The notes under the pieces: model-generated
What the model saw: only the letters and a program-made list of their open reading frames with translations
What the model was told of the DNA's origin: nothing
The model's database searches: none
Translations under genes and position numbers: made by a program
Shown: positions 30,460 through 42,398 of the stretch, one piece after another
How positions within the stretch are numbered: the first letter of the stretch is position 1
How the letters are laid out: the number at the start of each line of letters is the position of its first letter
DNA from: Gemmatimonadota bacterium
Lineage (GTDB): Bacteria > Gemmatimonadota > Gemmatimonadetes > Longimicrobiales > Gaopeijiaceae
Reading direction: 5' to 3'
NCBI GenBank assembly: GCA_039589315.1
Contig: JBDHHQ010000042.1
Coordinates: 1-64,000, forward strand
DNA: 64,000 nucleotides

Positions 30460-33321
30460 CTACCTCAATTCGACTGAGCCGAGGTAGGTGTCGAACCAAT
30501 CAAGCGTCTCACGGATGACGTCGTTCCACGGTGGGACATGACCGGTTTCCAGCAAGACGAAACGCTTATCCTCGGCGGGCGCACCGAGGGCCTCGAAGAA
30601 GGGCACCTGTCCTGTCTCGTACGGGTGCTGGAAGTCGTATCGGCCGTTGATGAGAACCACGGGCGTGCGGATGCGCGGGACAAAATTCCAGGGGCTCGTT
30701 TCCGGGAGGCTGCCGGCGCTGGCGAGCCACTGCGCGTCGTAGGCGGCCCCGATGAGCGAGGCGGCCGAAAACCGAGGCTCCATCGCGAGCGGAATCCCCC
30801 ACTCGGCGCCGTAGCTCACCCCCATGTACCCAAGCTTGGTCTCATCCAGATCCGGCCGTTCCGTGATGTAGTCCACGGTCCGATTGAGGTCCTGGGTCGC
30901 CCATACCATGTATTCACGACGTGCGATGTCGCCCGGAGGGCGTTCGTAATTGCGCTCATATGTGTCCTTGTAGATCGGAAATACCAGGGCTCGTCCACTC
31001 TTTGGAATGAAGCTCAGGAGATGCCACGCTGCGAGGTTGTCGCTGGAAGTAAGGATGAGTCCATCGATACCGGACATATATACGACGCCTTGGTAGGGAG
31101 GGGTCACATTCCGCGGGAGAAAAACGTGAGCCAGAACACGCTCACCGCCGTAGGCGGCATTGAAGGTGACCGTCTCGCGCTGCCAGGACCCGAAGCTTTC
31201 AACTGATTCCACACGCGCATCGAGCGGGCCGGGATCATAGGCGTAGAAGTTGGTCAGGGTCTCGAACGTCGCGTCATCGACGGGCTCTACGTCGTTGAAA
31301 TCGAAGTAGGGGAGGTCGATCGACGCGAGAAGCGGCGACCCGGGCGGTAGGTCGTATGTCGCACACCGAAAACCATGGGTTTCGTCTCGTGTGAACGGGT
31401 CGCGAGCGTCCGGATCCTGAAACGTGTATTTCGGCTCGTTCCAGGCCCCCCCCAGCACGTAGCGGAGTCCACCGCGAGAGGCGTTCCATGTCCACTCCTT
31501 CACGTTCCCAGCCTGGTCGAACGCCCCGTACGGGCCGACTCCACCTGCTGAGCCGCCGGCGACCGGTCCCTCTCCGGAGAAGTTGCTGAACGCCAGCATG
31601 TCGTCGAAGATGTCGAGTCCGGCCGCGCGCCTCCAATGGTAGAAGGTCGGCAAGCGCTTGCCCGAGAACTGACAGTACGCCACGGCCTCGTACCAGCTGA
31701 CTCCGCGAACTGGGTGATCGGCCTCACCCTCCGGATACCGGCTCAGCTCCCAGGTCGCTGGTCCGGGACGTCCAGTCGCGTCCTCGAGCAGTGCGACGCC
31801 CTCCTCCCATGTGAGGGGTTGTCCGTCTCGCACGAGGGGCTCTGACCAATACTCGGCGCTCCGATAGCCGCCCCCGTCCACGAAGCGCTGATACGCGGCG
31901 TTCGTGACCTCGTACTTGTCGAGTAGGAAGCGGCCGAGCGGTATCGGTTCTGGCGTCGTGTAACTCCAGGTTCCGGGAGAAATCACTACCTGCGCCTCGG
32001 ACGGCTCCCGGCCCGGAGCCAACTCGACGTCGAGGCCGGACCAAGGGAAGAACGCGAGCTCGAGTGGTTCAAAGCCCTGCGTCTGGAGCCTCAGTCGCAG
32101 ATAGGCGTTGGGGAACGGGACCTCGACGAGGGGCGTGTGCCCTACGGAGTGCCACGTCGTGTCGGTCGCCGAGTACCCACGGTATGCAACGGCTACGCCG
32201 CTCGGTTCGGTGTCGCCCGATACGGGCACGGACGAAGCCTCCAGGAGCCGCACTACCGACGGGTCGTCGTGCGCCACCCGTTCGGCATCCCGAGCCACGT
32301 GGAAGGCCTCCACGACCGAGCCCGCCGCGAGCAGCCGTTCGATCTCCGGGATGGCGACCTGGCGGACCCACCGCTGATCCGAGCGCTCGCGGAGGAGCTT
32401 CACGCTCACGAACCCGAGTGCCAGCAGGACAAGCGCTCCGGCCCCAATCAGGGTTCTCGTGCGACCGGAGAAGCCGGGTTTCGGGGCGAGGCTCGACTCC
32501 ATCGAGTCCACGAGGTCGCCTCCGGAATCGAAGCGATCACTCGGTGACTTGGAGAGTCCCCTGACGATGGCCGCATTCACATCACGCGGTACGGATGCCC
32601 GAACGTCACGAATTCGCGGCGGAGGCTCCGTGACGATCCTGGCCAGCACGGCCTGCACGGTCTGTCCTGCGAAAGGCGGTTCGCCCGCCAGCATCTCGTA
32701 GAACACGCAGGCCAGCGCGTAAAGGTCGGAGGCAGGTGTGGCCTCCGAATCGCCGGTGGCCTGCTCCGGGCTCATGTAGGTCGGCGTCCCGAGGGATAGT
32801 CCTGTTGCGGTCAGCCGCTGCCCACCGGCCTCCGATACGGCGAGCGCGATCCCGAAATCCGCCACGATCGCCCCGCCTTCGCCGAGCAGGATGTTCTCTG
32901 GCTTGACGTCTCGGTGGATGACGCCGTGAGCGTGGGCGTGGTCGAGCGCTTCAGCTGCGTCCCGGACGATGGCGATGGCCTCGTTCACATCGAGCGAGCC
33001 TTCGCGATCGAGACGCTCCCGAAGCGTTTCGCCCTCGACGAAAGGCATCACGTAGTAGAGGACATCTTCCGCCTGCCCCGAATCGAACAGCGGAAGAATG
33101 TGCGGGTGTCGCAGCTTCGCGGTGGTCCTGATCTCGGCGAGGAAGCGCTCCGGACCGAGCACAGCGGCCAGCACCGGTTTGACGACCTTGATGGCCACTT
33201 GCCGGGTGTGTTTGAGGTCCTCGGCCAGATACACCGTAGCCATGCCGCCCTCCCCGAGCTCACGCACGATCGTGTAGCGCCCCGCGAGGGTTTCGTTGAG
33301 AAGCTCTATGAGGTTGGACAT
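30460..33321 (-). CDS. Ser/Thr kinase - TM - FGE-sulfatase (SUMF1) domain - alpha/beta hydrolase fusion
   Basis: Kinase motifs; YEVTN, HPVRGVSWYEA, GNVKEW, GFRC; GVSYG nucleophile elbow, GRYD, TGH. Confidence 0.9.
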   Translation of the reverse strand: MSNLIELLNETLAGRYTIVRELGEGGMATVYLAEDLKHTRQVAIKVVKPVLAAVLGPERFLAEIRTTAKLRHPHILPLFDSGQAEDVLYYVMPFVEGETLRERLDREGSLDVNEAIAIVRDAAEALDHAHAHGVIHRDVKPENILLGEGGAIVADFGIALAVSEAGGQRLTATGLSLGTPTYMSPEQATGDSEATPASDLYALACVFYEMLAGEPPFAGQTVQAVLARIVTEPPPRIRDVRASVPRDVNAAIVRGLSKSPSDRFDSGGDLVDSMESSLAPKPGFSGRTRTLIGAGALVLLALGFVSVKLLRERSDQRWVRQVAIPEIERLLAAGSVVEAFHVARDAERVAHDDPSVVRLLEASSVPVSGDTEPSGVAVAYRGYSATDTTWHSVGHTPLVEVPFPNAYLRLRLQTQGFEPLELAFFPWSGLDVELAPGREPSEAQVVISPGTWSYTTPEPIPLGRFLLDKYEVTNAAYQRFVDGGGYRSAEYWSEPLVRDGQPLTWEEGVALLEDATGRPGPATWELSRYPEGEADHPVRGVSWYEAVAYCQFSGKRLPTFYHWRRAAGLDIFDDMLAFSNFSGEGPVAGGSAGGVGPYGAFDQAGNVKEWTWNASRGGLRYVLGGAWNEPKYTFQDPDARDPFTRDETHGFRCATYDLPPGSPLLASIDLPYFDFNDVEPVDDATFETLTNFYAYDPGPLDARVESVESFGSWQRETVTFNAAYGGERVLAHVFLPRNVTPPYQGVVYMSGIDGLILTSSDNLAAWHLLSFIPKSGRALVFPIYKDTYERNYERPPGDIARREYMVWATQDLNRTVDYITERPDLDETKLGYMGVSYGAEWGIPLAMEPRFSAASLIGAAYDAQWLASAGSLPETSPWNFVPRIRTPVVLINGRYDFQHPYETGQVPFFEALGAPAEDKRFVLLETGHVPPWNDVIRETLDWFDTYLGSVELR

Positions 33322-33499
33322 GGTCAGAAGATGTGTGTTCGATGCGCTCTATGCCAAGCGACCCAGAAGGCCCTGCTCGCGGATCCACTCGGCAAAGCCT
33401 TGCGATCTTCGTCTGCGACGCATCATCCACGTCACTTCAGTCAGCTCCTCCGCGCGAACCAGGCATTCGACAGCGGTGAAGCCGACGGCTTGCTCTCCA

Positions 33500-33762
33500 C
33501 AGAGAAAGCACTTGGCACCACTCATTCCTCGGTCTTCCTCCTCTGCGTTCTTCCCCGTGCGGCCCAGTTGGCACACTGGGCGGCACACTGAGGGGCACGA
33601 CGAATTGCCCCGCGGACCGGCCCTCTTCCGACGATCCAGATCTTGAGTGGCACACTTCCGAAGCAGCTCCAACGGCTGCCCCGCTCCTCGGGAACGTGAG
33701 TCGTGCATTCAGAACCGCGGTGCCGTAACCTGAAGGCGGTTTCCCTCCCTGCAGAGGCACCG
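33500..33762 (+). repeat. att-like element lacking the core
   Basis: AAAGCACTTG, TGGCACACTGGGCGGCACAC, TGGCACACTT, GTGCAT leader. Confidence 0.8.
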
Positions 33763-36348
<2,586 letters not shown>

Positions 36349-36396
36349 CCGTTTGCACGCGCAACCGAAGAGGGTGAGTGGCCTTGGTCGGACATG

Positions 36397-36422
36397 AGCG
36401 GCACACTTCTGCGGGACCTCCG
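36397..36422 (+). repeat. Short fragment of the att-like element
   Basis: GAGCGGCACACTTCTGCGGGACCT closely matches 48159-48180. Confidence 0.45.
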
Positions 36423-36500
36423 AGGATGCCCGAGAGTTGCCAAACCGCATCCGACCAACTAGATGTTGTTTGCATATATGTGAATCACATCGAGAGAGCG

Positions 36501-36860
36501 ATGCCACTCAAGCCCGACACATTCTCGTTCCTGCCACTGAAGCCGCGTACTTTCCACGTGCTGCTGGTCCTTGGCGACGGACCACAGCACGGGTACGGGA
36601 TCAAGATGCGGGTCAAGGAGCAGACCACTGGTCGGATCGAGCTCGAGCCGGGAGGCCTGTACCGGCTGATCGCCCGGTTGGAGCAGGACGGTCTCGTCGA
36701 GCGGAGCGACCCGCCTGCAGATGCGCCCTCCACGGATCCCAGGCGTCGGTACTACGAGCTCACGCCCCTTGGCCGGACCGTGCTCGCCGAGGAGGCCAAG
36801 CGTCTGACCCGACTGGCCGCGTTGCCGGAAGTGGTCGCCATGGCTCGCTCCCGACGCTGA
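36501..36860 (+). CDS. PadR-family transcriptional regulator
   Basis: HGYGI, PGGLYRLIARL, RRRYYELT..GR. Confidence 0.92.
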   Translation: MPLKPDTFSFLPLKPRTFHVLLVLGDGPQHGYGIKMRVKEQTTGRIELEPGGLYRLIARLEQDGLVERSDPPADAPSTDPRRRYYELTPLGRTVLAEEAKRLTRLAALPEVVAMARSRR

Positions 36861-36861
36861 C

Positions 36862-39546
36862 ATGGGCGACCGCACCGCCTGGCCCGTCCGGTTCTACGCT
36901 GCGTGTCTGCGTCTGCTTCCGCGGGCCACACGGGACCGATTCGGCCGGGACATGGTGGACATGTTCGAGGACGGCTGGCAGGCGTCTTCGGCGCTGGAAC
37001 GGCTACGCCTCGCACTGCGAACGGCGATCGATCTGCTCGGCAGCGTCTTCGCATCGCGGCTCCCGAGCCGCAATGTGCCTGCGCCTCCGGGAGACGAGTG
37101 GACCCGGGGCGCCGCGCGGCCGTCCGCCCCACGCCTTCTCGAGGGACTGGCCGGAGACCTGCGGCTCGCCCAGCGCTCTCTTCTGAAGCGCCCCGGATTC
37201 ACAGGGGTGGTGGTGGCGACGCTGGCACTCGGTGTCGGCGTCAACTCGGCCATCTTCACGTTCGTGAACGGACTCCTGCTGCGTCCGCTCCCCTACGCGG
37301 AGCCCACGCAGCTGGTCCAGCTGAGCGAGACGTTTCCGGACATCGGCACCATGGACGTCTCCTTTCCCGACTTCCATCGGTGGCGAGCCGAGACTCAGGT
37401 GTTCGAGGGCATGTTCGCGTTCGACGACGGCTCGTTCCTCATCTCGGGAGCGGACGTTCCGCGCCTGGTGGAGGGTGCGGTAGTCTCGCCGGGCTTCCTG
37501 TCGGTCCTGGGCGTCGCCCCCTCGTTGGGACGGGGCTTCCTGCCGGACGAGGAGATGCCGGGGTCGGACGGCGTGGCGCTCATAAGCGAGGCGCTCTGGC
37601 GTGACGACTTCGGTGCCACGCCCGACGTCCTGGACCGGAGCGTTGTTCTGAACGGCCGCACGCGACGGATCGTCGGCGTTGCCGGGGCCGGATTCCACTT
37701 CCCTGAAGTCGCTCAGGTATGGGTTCCCCTCGCGCTCGATCCGGGCGTGGCGGACCCAGAGGACTACGGCTTCGACGTGGTGGCAAGGCTTCGACCGGAC
37801 CGGACGGTGCAGGACGCGCGCGCGGAGGGGGCGCGCGTCACCGCCGCGCTGGCTCGTGAGCATCCGGGAAGCAAGAAGGGAATCGGCGCGGACGCCTATT
37901 CGCTTCGTGCGGCCGACGTCCCCTGGGCTCTCGCGTTCTCGGCACTGTTGCTCCAGGGCGCCGTGTCTCTCGTGCTTCTGATCGCTTGCCTCAACGTGGC
38001 GAACCTCCTTCTGGCGCGGGGCGAGGATCGAGCGGCCGAGATGGCTCTCCGGAGGGCCCTGGGGGCGAGCCGCTCCCGCCTCGTTCGCCAAGTCCTGGTG
38101 GAAAGCGCGTTGTTGGCCACGGCGGGTGCTCTCGGCGCGCTCGCCCTGGCGTACTGGGCGGGCCCCATCTTTCTGGTGTTGCTCCCCGACGAAGTCCCAT
38201 TCTGGCTGACCTTCGACATGGACTGGCGGGTAGCATCGTGGACGGTTGCCACGGCCTCCTTGGCCTGTCTGGCCGTTGGCCTTCCGCCGGCCCTTCACGC
38301 GTCCCGCGGTTCCGGCGATGGCGGGGCCGGAATCCGGGTGGCCGGAAGCCGGTCCTTCGACCGCGGGCGGCAGAGCCTGATCGTCGCACAGGTCGCCCTG
38401 GCCACGATGTTGTTGGTCGCCGCAGGCCTGATGATCCGCGGGCTCGCCAATCTCGAAGCCACGGATCCAGGCATGGACCCGTCCCAGGTGCTCGTTCTTT
38501 CCGCCGTCTACCCGCCGTGGAGCCATCCTGAAGGCCCGGAGCGGACTCGGGCGCAGAGGGCGGTCGTGGAGCGCGTGGCGTCGATGGGTGGGGTCGAGTC
38601 GGCAGCCGCGGTGGCGTCCGTGCCCCTCCTCGGAAGCCCCGACGAGGTTGCGGTCGAGTCGGCCTCACCCTCTCAGACCCGGGTCGGGACCGTCAATCGC
38701 GTGAGCGGCGCCTACTTCTCCACCATGCGGATTCCCGTCGTCGCCGGACGCGGGCCGACACACGAGGAGGTGTGGTCGGGAGCGCCCGTGGCGGTGGTCA
38801 GCGAGTCGCTCGCCCGTGAGCTTTGGCCCGACGGCGACGCGCTCGGGCGCCGGGTGCGTCACGGCGTCCCTGGGAACCGGAGCCCCACGGTTTCGGACGA
38901 TCAGCCCTGGCTGGACATCGTCGGCGTCGTGGGCGACGTGCGGCAGGAGTCGCTGGGACGCCCGCCCCGGGGCTTGGTCTACGTGCCATTCGGCACGCGG
39001 GGGACCGGGCAGCTGACGCTGGTCGTTCGCACCGATCTTCCCCCGTTGGATCATGCGGGTGCGATCCAGGACCAGATCGCGGACGTCGACCCGCTGCTGG
39101 CCTTCCTGGAGCCCACTTCGATGCGCGAGGCGATGGCCTTCGCCACGTGGTCCGAGCGCCTGGCCTCGGGGCTGCTTTCCGCCTTCGCCGCTTTGGCCCT
39201 GGCGTTGTCGCTGGTCGGTATCTACGGAGTTGTGTCCTTCGTCACGGGCCGAAGGACGAACGAGATCGGCGTCCGCATGGCCATCGGCGCGACGCCCGGC
39301 TCGGTGGTCGCGCTCGTGGTGAGCGACAGTGGAAAGCTGGTGGCCGCGGGAGTAGGGATTGGCCTTGTCGGCGGTGCCCTCATCTCGAGGACGTTCTCGT
39401 CGATGCTCTACGGCGTCCGTCCGTTCGACCCGATGACCCTCGTTGCTACCGCCCTGCTCCTCGGTGTCGTGGGTCTCGCGGCGTCCTACGGTCCAGCCAG
39501 AAGGGCGGCGCGGATCGACGCGGTTCGCGCTCTCCGTGCGGAGTGA
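36862..39546 (+). CDS. ADOP-type (duplicated MacB/FtsX) ABC permease
   Basis: TLALGVGVNSAIF, LLIACLNVANLLL, EIGVRMAIGA, PARRAARID; coupled to PadR. Confidence 0.92.
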   Translation: MGDRTAWPVRFYAACLRLLPRATRDRFGRDMVDMFEDGWQASSALERLRLALRTAIDLLGSVFASRLPSRNVPAPPGDEWTRGAARPSAPRLLEGLAGDLRLAQRSLLKRPGFTGVVVATLALGVGVNSAIFTFVNGLLLRPLPYAEPTQLVQLSETFPDIGTMDVSFPDFHRWRAETQVFEGMFAFDDGSFLISGADVPRLVEGAVVSPGFLSVLGVAPSLGRGFLPDEEMPGSDGVALISEALWRDDFGATPDVLDRSVVLNGRTRRIVGVAGAGFHFPEVAQVWVPLALDPGVADPEDYGFDVVARLRPDRTVQDARAEGARVTAALAREHPGSKKGIGADAYSLRAADVPWALAFSALLLQGAVSLVLLIACLNVANLLLARGEDRAAEMALRRALGASRSRLVRQVLVESALLATAGALGALALAYWAGPIFLVLLPDEVPFWLTFDMDWRVASWTVATASLACLAVGLPPALHASRGSGDGGAGIRVAGSRSFDRGRQSLIVAQVALATMLLVAAGLMIRGLANLEATDPGMDPSQVLVLSAVYPPWSHPEGPERTRAQRAVVERVASMGGVESAAAVASVPLLGSPDEVAVESASPSQTRVGTVNRVSGAYFSTMRIPVVAGRGPTHEEVWSGAPVAVVSESLARELWPDGDALGRRVRHGVPGNRSPTVSDDQPWLDIVGVVGDVRQESLGRPPRGLVYVPFGTRGTGQLTLVVRTDLPPLDHAGAIQDQIADVDPLLAFLEPTSMREAMAFATWSERLASGLLSAFAALALALSLVGIYGVVSFVTGRRTNEIGVRMAIGATPGSVVALVVSDSGKLVAAGVGIGLVGGALISRTFSSMLYGVRPFDPMTLVATALLLGVVGLAASYGPARRAARIDAVRALRAE

Positions 39547-39556
39547 TATGACCACG

Positions 39557-39860
39557 ACCGGCGATCCCCGTGAACCCCATTCAGTATTCGGGGTTTCGAG
39601 GAGTTATGCTGGGTTGCCTTGAGGTCGCCTAGGGTGCTTTATGGCAACCACTTAGCACCCATATTTTGTCGGTCCTGTCCTCCTGCGCTTTCCTCAGTTC
39701 GTCCCAGTTGGCACACCAAGCGGCACACCAGAACGCTCTGCGAACCGGGGCTCTTCCCACGGTTCGGAATGGGAGACGCACACTTCGGCGGGGACCTGCC
39801 GAGGCTCGCAGGGTGCTCCTGAACGTCAGTCGTGCGTCCGGAACCGCGGTGCCCTATCGA
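39557..39860 (+). repeat. att-like element with degenerate tRNA-Pro-derived left flank; no downstream kinase
   Basis: ACCGGCGATCCCCG-TGAACCCCATTCA (core 39571-39583), CAACCACTTA, TGGCACACCAAGCGGCACAC, CCCTATCG. Confidence 0.85.
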
Positions 39861-40114
39861 GCGAGCACTACTTATTCGCCTAGGATTCTGCGGCCAGCAG
39901 CTTCCACTTCCTCCCTATCGGACCAGGGGGCCGCGGTGGATAGGCTTCGGTGTGTGTCGGCCCCACTTCCCTAAGTGCCTTAGGGAAGCCTAAGACGTCA
40001 AAGGGAGAGGGCCGGGCCCTCACCAGAGTGACTGGGAAGTAGTAAGGCCCCTACACCAGACCCGGCGGCCAAGTGGCTTCCCTGTTCGTGGAGAGGCCCG
40101 CGTGCACGCTGGAG

Positions 40115-41182
40115 CTAGATCCAGCCCTTCTTGCGGAACGCCTTCACCGTCTCCGCCCAGCGGTCCATCTCCTCCGGCAGGCCGAACGACAGCCGGTTGT
40201 ACTCGAGCATCGGCGGAAAATCGCGTCCGACCAGGAGGCCAGCCTCGGCCATCCGGGTTCTGTACGTCCCGAGATCACCCTTGATGCGATGCATGATGAA
40301 GTTGGTGTTCGTCGGGAGATACTCGAGGCCGAGCTCGTCGCACGTCTGGTGGACGATCGCCTTGGACTCCTCGTTCACCGCAATCGAGCGCTCTACCAGA
40401 CCCTCGTCCTTGAGCGAAGCAACGGCCGCCGCCCCGGAGAGGACGTTGGGGTTGTTCTGTACGGTGTGTTCGTCGAGCCGTCGAGCCGTGCTCGGGTGAG
40501 ACACGGCGTAGCCGACCCGTAGGCCCGCCATCGCGAAGATCTTCGAGAAGGTTCGGATCACGACGACGTTGGGCTTTTCGTCGATCCACTTGAGCGCCGG
40601 CCAAAAGCGGTCGTCGGTCACGTACTCGAGGTAGGCTTCGTCGAGCAAGAAGGTGGTCGTCTCGGGCGCGTCTGCGATCCAGGCATCGATATCGTTAGAC
40701 GAGGTTACCGTGCCGGTCGGGTTGTTCGGGTTGCAGATGTAGACCACGGACGGGCGCTTGGAAGCGGCCTCGCGCATGCGGCCGATGTCGTGCTGGAGAT
40801 CCGCGGTGAGCGGGATCGCCTCGACCTCGAACGGCATCGTGTCCTGGTAGTCCGAGATGTCCTCGAAGGTCGGCTGCGCGATGATCAGCGGCGTGTTGGG
40901 GCCCTGCAGCGCCTGCACGGCCAGCTCCTCCATGAGGGGGCCACGGTAGTTGCCCGGATAGCGGTTCGCGTCGACGATTGCCCCGACGACTGCCTCTCGT
41001 GCGGCCGGGGCGAGACCGAGAGGGTTCTCGTTCGAGCTGAGCCTGATGTCTCCGCTGGGAAGCGTTTTGCCCAACCCCCAACCGGGAGTCCGTTCCAGCA
41101 GCGCGTTCAGCGCGACGCCGGTCCCGCTGAGGCCGGCGAGGCCGGCAGCCATTCCCGAGGTTACGAATCCTCGACGATCCAT
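40115..41182 (-). CDS. HisC-like class I/II aminotransferase with Tat signal; apparent in-frame deletion
   Basis: MDRRGF, LSSNENP, CNPNNPTG, DEAY, RTFSKIFAMAGLRVGY; the segment between RYP and PTF is unusually short. Confidence 0.82.
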   Translation of the reverse strand: MDRRGFVTSGMAAGLAGLSGTGVALNALLERTPGWGLGKTLPSGDIRLSSNENPLGLAPAAREAVVGAIVDANRYPGNYRGPLMEELAVQALQGPNTPLIIAQPTFEDISDYQDTMPFEVEAIPLTADLQHDIGRMREAASKRPSVVYICNPNNPTGTVTSSNDIDAWIADAPETTTFLLDEAYLEYVTDDRFWPALKWIDEKPNVVVIRTFSKIFAMAGLRVGYAVSHPSTARRLDEHTVQNNPNVLSGAAAVASLKDEGLVERSIAVNEESKAIVHQTCDELGLEYLPTNTNFIMHRIKGDLGTYRTRMAEAGLLVGRDFPPMLEYNRLSFGLPEEMDRWAETVKAFRKKGWI

Positions 41183-41310
41183 GTGTCCTCCTCACGTCGT
41201 TCCAGCGCGGCTTTCGCACAATGTGCGTCAGGATCCGGTGGCTCGAAAGCCGGCGAGTTCGCAGACGCGCTCGCCGACCCCGGCTTCATGGCGCCGAACC
41301 GAGGCTTTCG

Positions 41311-41360
41311 TGACCCACTGAATTCCGGACAACGCGTGAACCCCATTCATGATTCGGGGT
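41311..41360 (+). repeat. att-like element, left arm plus core only
   Basis: TGACCCACTGAATTCCGGACAACGCG-TGAACCCCATTCA (core 41337-41349)-TGATTCGGGGT. Confidence 0.85.
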
Positions 41361-41805
41361 CGTCTGTGTCTCGCCCGAGCTGTGCGACGTCGGCGAGGTC
41401 TTGCGGGCGGCCCGCCTCACGCTTCGCGATGATGAGGTCCTCTTTGCCGATCACCGGCACCTCTATGCCCTCGACTTGGACCGTCACGCGCCGGGGCCAC
41501 GCGTCTTCGAACCGCAGACTGCCGATGTCCGTCAGGATGTCGATCCGGTTGGGCGACAAGCCGATCTGAAAGACCAAATCATCCGAGGTCAGGTCTTGGA
41601 GCTCTAGTTGGTGGAGCGGCGCTCCGAACTCCTCCAGGGCCGACCACACGCGGCCCGCGTTGTCGGGCGACGGCCGTACCCAGACATCCATGTCACCGGT
41701 CGCACGAGGCCGCGCGTGGACGGCGACAGCATGGGCGCCTATGACAAGGAACTCAGCGCCCGCGCCTAACAACGCGGACAACATCTCTGCGAAGTCGCGG
41801 TTCAT
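41347..41805 (-). CDS. Nucleotidyltransferase-fold protein (DUF6036-like; putative toxin-antitoxin component)
   Basis: VIGAHAV, PRATGDMD, LIIAK..AGRPQDLADV. Confidence 0.82.
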   Translation of the reverse strand: MNRDFAEMLSALLGAGAEFLVIGAHAVAVHARPRATGDMDVWVRPSPDNAGRVWSALEEFGAPLHQLELQDLTSDDLVFQIGLSPNRIDILTDIGSLRFEDAWPRRVTVQVEGIEVPVIGKEDLIIAKREAGRPQDLADVAQLGRDTDDPES

Positions 41806-41950
41806 GGTCGAGACCTTTGAATGCCCAGGCCTGAAGCGTCAGAGGCCAGACCATGGCAAGCCGCTCCGAGGGGTCGAGATGCGCCGTGTCGTCCGGCTGC
41901 GGTTCTCGGAGACTCGTCTTGCGCGTGAAGTACGTAGATCGGTCGGTCAA
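41753..41950 (-). CDS. Small protein overlapping the NTase start (putative partner/antitoxin)
   Basis: 65 aa, PSERLAMVWPLT..AW...PRL.R motif, overlaps the NTase gene. Confidence 0.6.
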   Translation of the reverse strand: MTDRSTYFTRKTSLREPQPDDTAHLDPSERLAMVWPLTLQAWAFKGLDHEPRLRRDVVRVVRRGR

Positions 41951-42017
41951 CGGCCTAGCGTGCGCGAAGTGTTTGTCGCCCTTAAAGATAACCGCGCTGA
42001 CAGCTCAGCCCAAGCCG

Positions 42018-42140
42018 TACGACGTGTCACCGGACGATCAGCGGTTCCTGATGATCCAACAGATCGGTACCGAGGCGGCTGGAGACGTGGTCTCGGCTCA
42101 GAACCTTTTCGAGTAGCTGAGGCGGCTGGTGCCAAGTCAA
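42018..42140 (+). pseudogene. 3' remnant of a kinase-TolB gene
   Basis: YDVSPDDQRFLMI...QNLFE*LRRLVP. Confidence 0.75.
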
Positions 42141-42143
42141 CCG

Positions 42144-42220
42144 CTAGTCCTCGAGGGCATTCGCCAGGTAGGCCCGTGCCATCCGCCAGTCCCGGTTCAC
42201 ACTGGCCAGTGACACACCCA
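42144..42220 (-). pseudogene. 3' remnant of the ECF sigma gene
   Basis: 72/77 nt identical to 63019-63095 (GVSLASVNRDWRMARAYLANALED*). Confidence 0.85.
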
Positions 42221-42280
42221 ATTTGAGGATGCGGACGGGCCAGTGCGCCAGGTTGTAGTGGTCAATTGCTTCGAAGAGCT

Positions 42281-42398
42281 AGCGGCACACCGCTGAAGGA
42301 CCTCCCGTTGAGGGCCGCCTGCTCAAGGACTTGAGTAGTGCGTTAGGAACCGTGGTGCCCTATCGTGATAGTCGTCTCCGTGTCCCGCCGAGTTACCG
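42281..42398 (+). repeat. att-like element, distal part
   Basis: AGCGGCACAC...GACCT and GTGCGT-N17-TATCGT before the kinase ATG. Confidence 0.65.
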
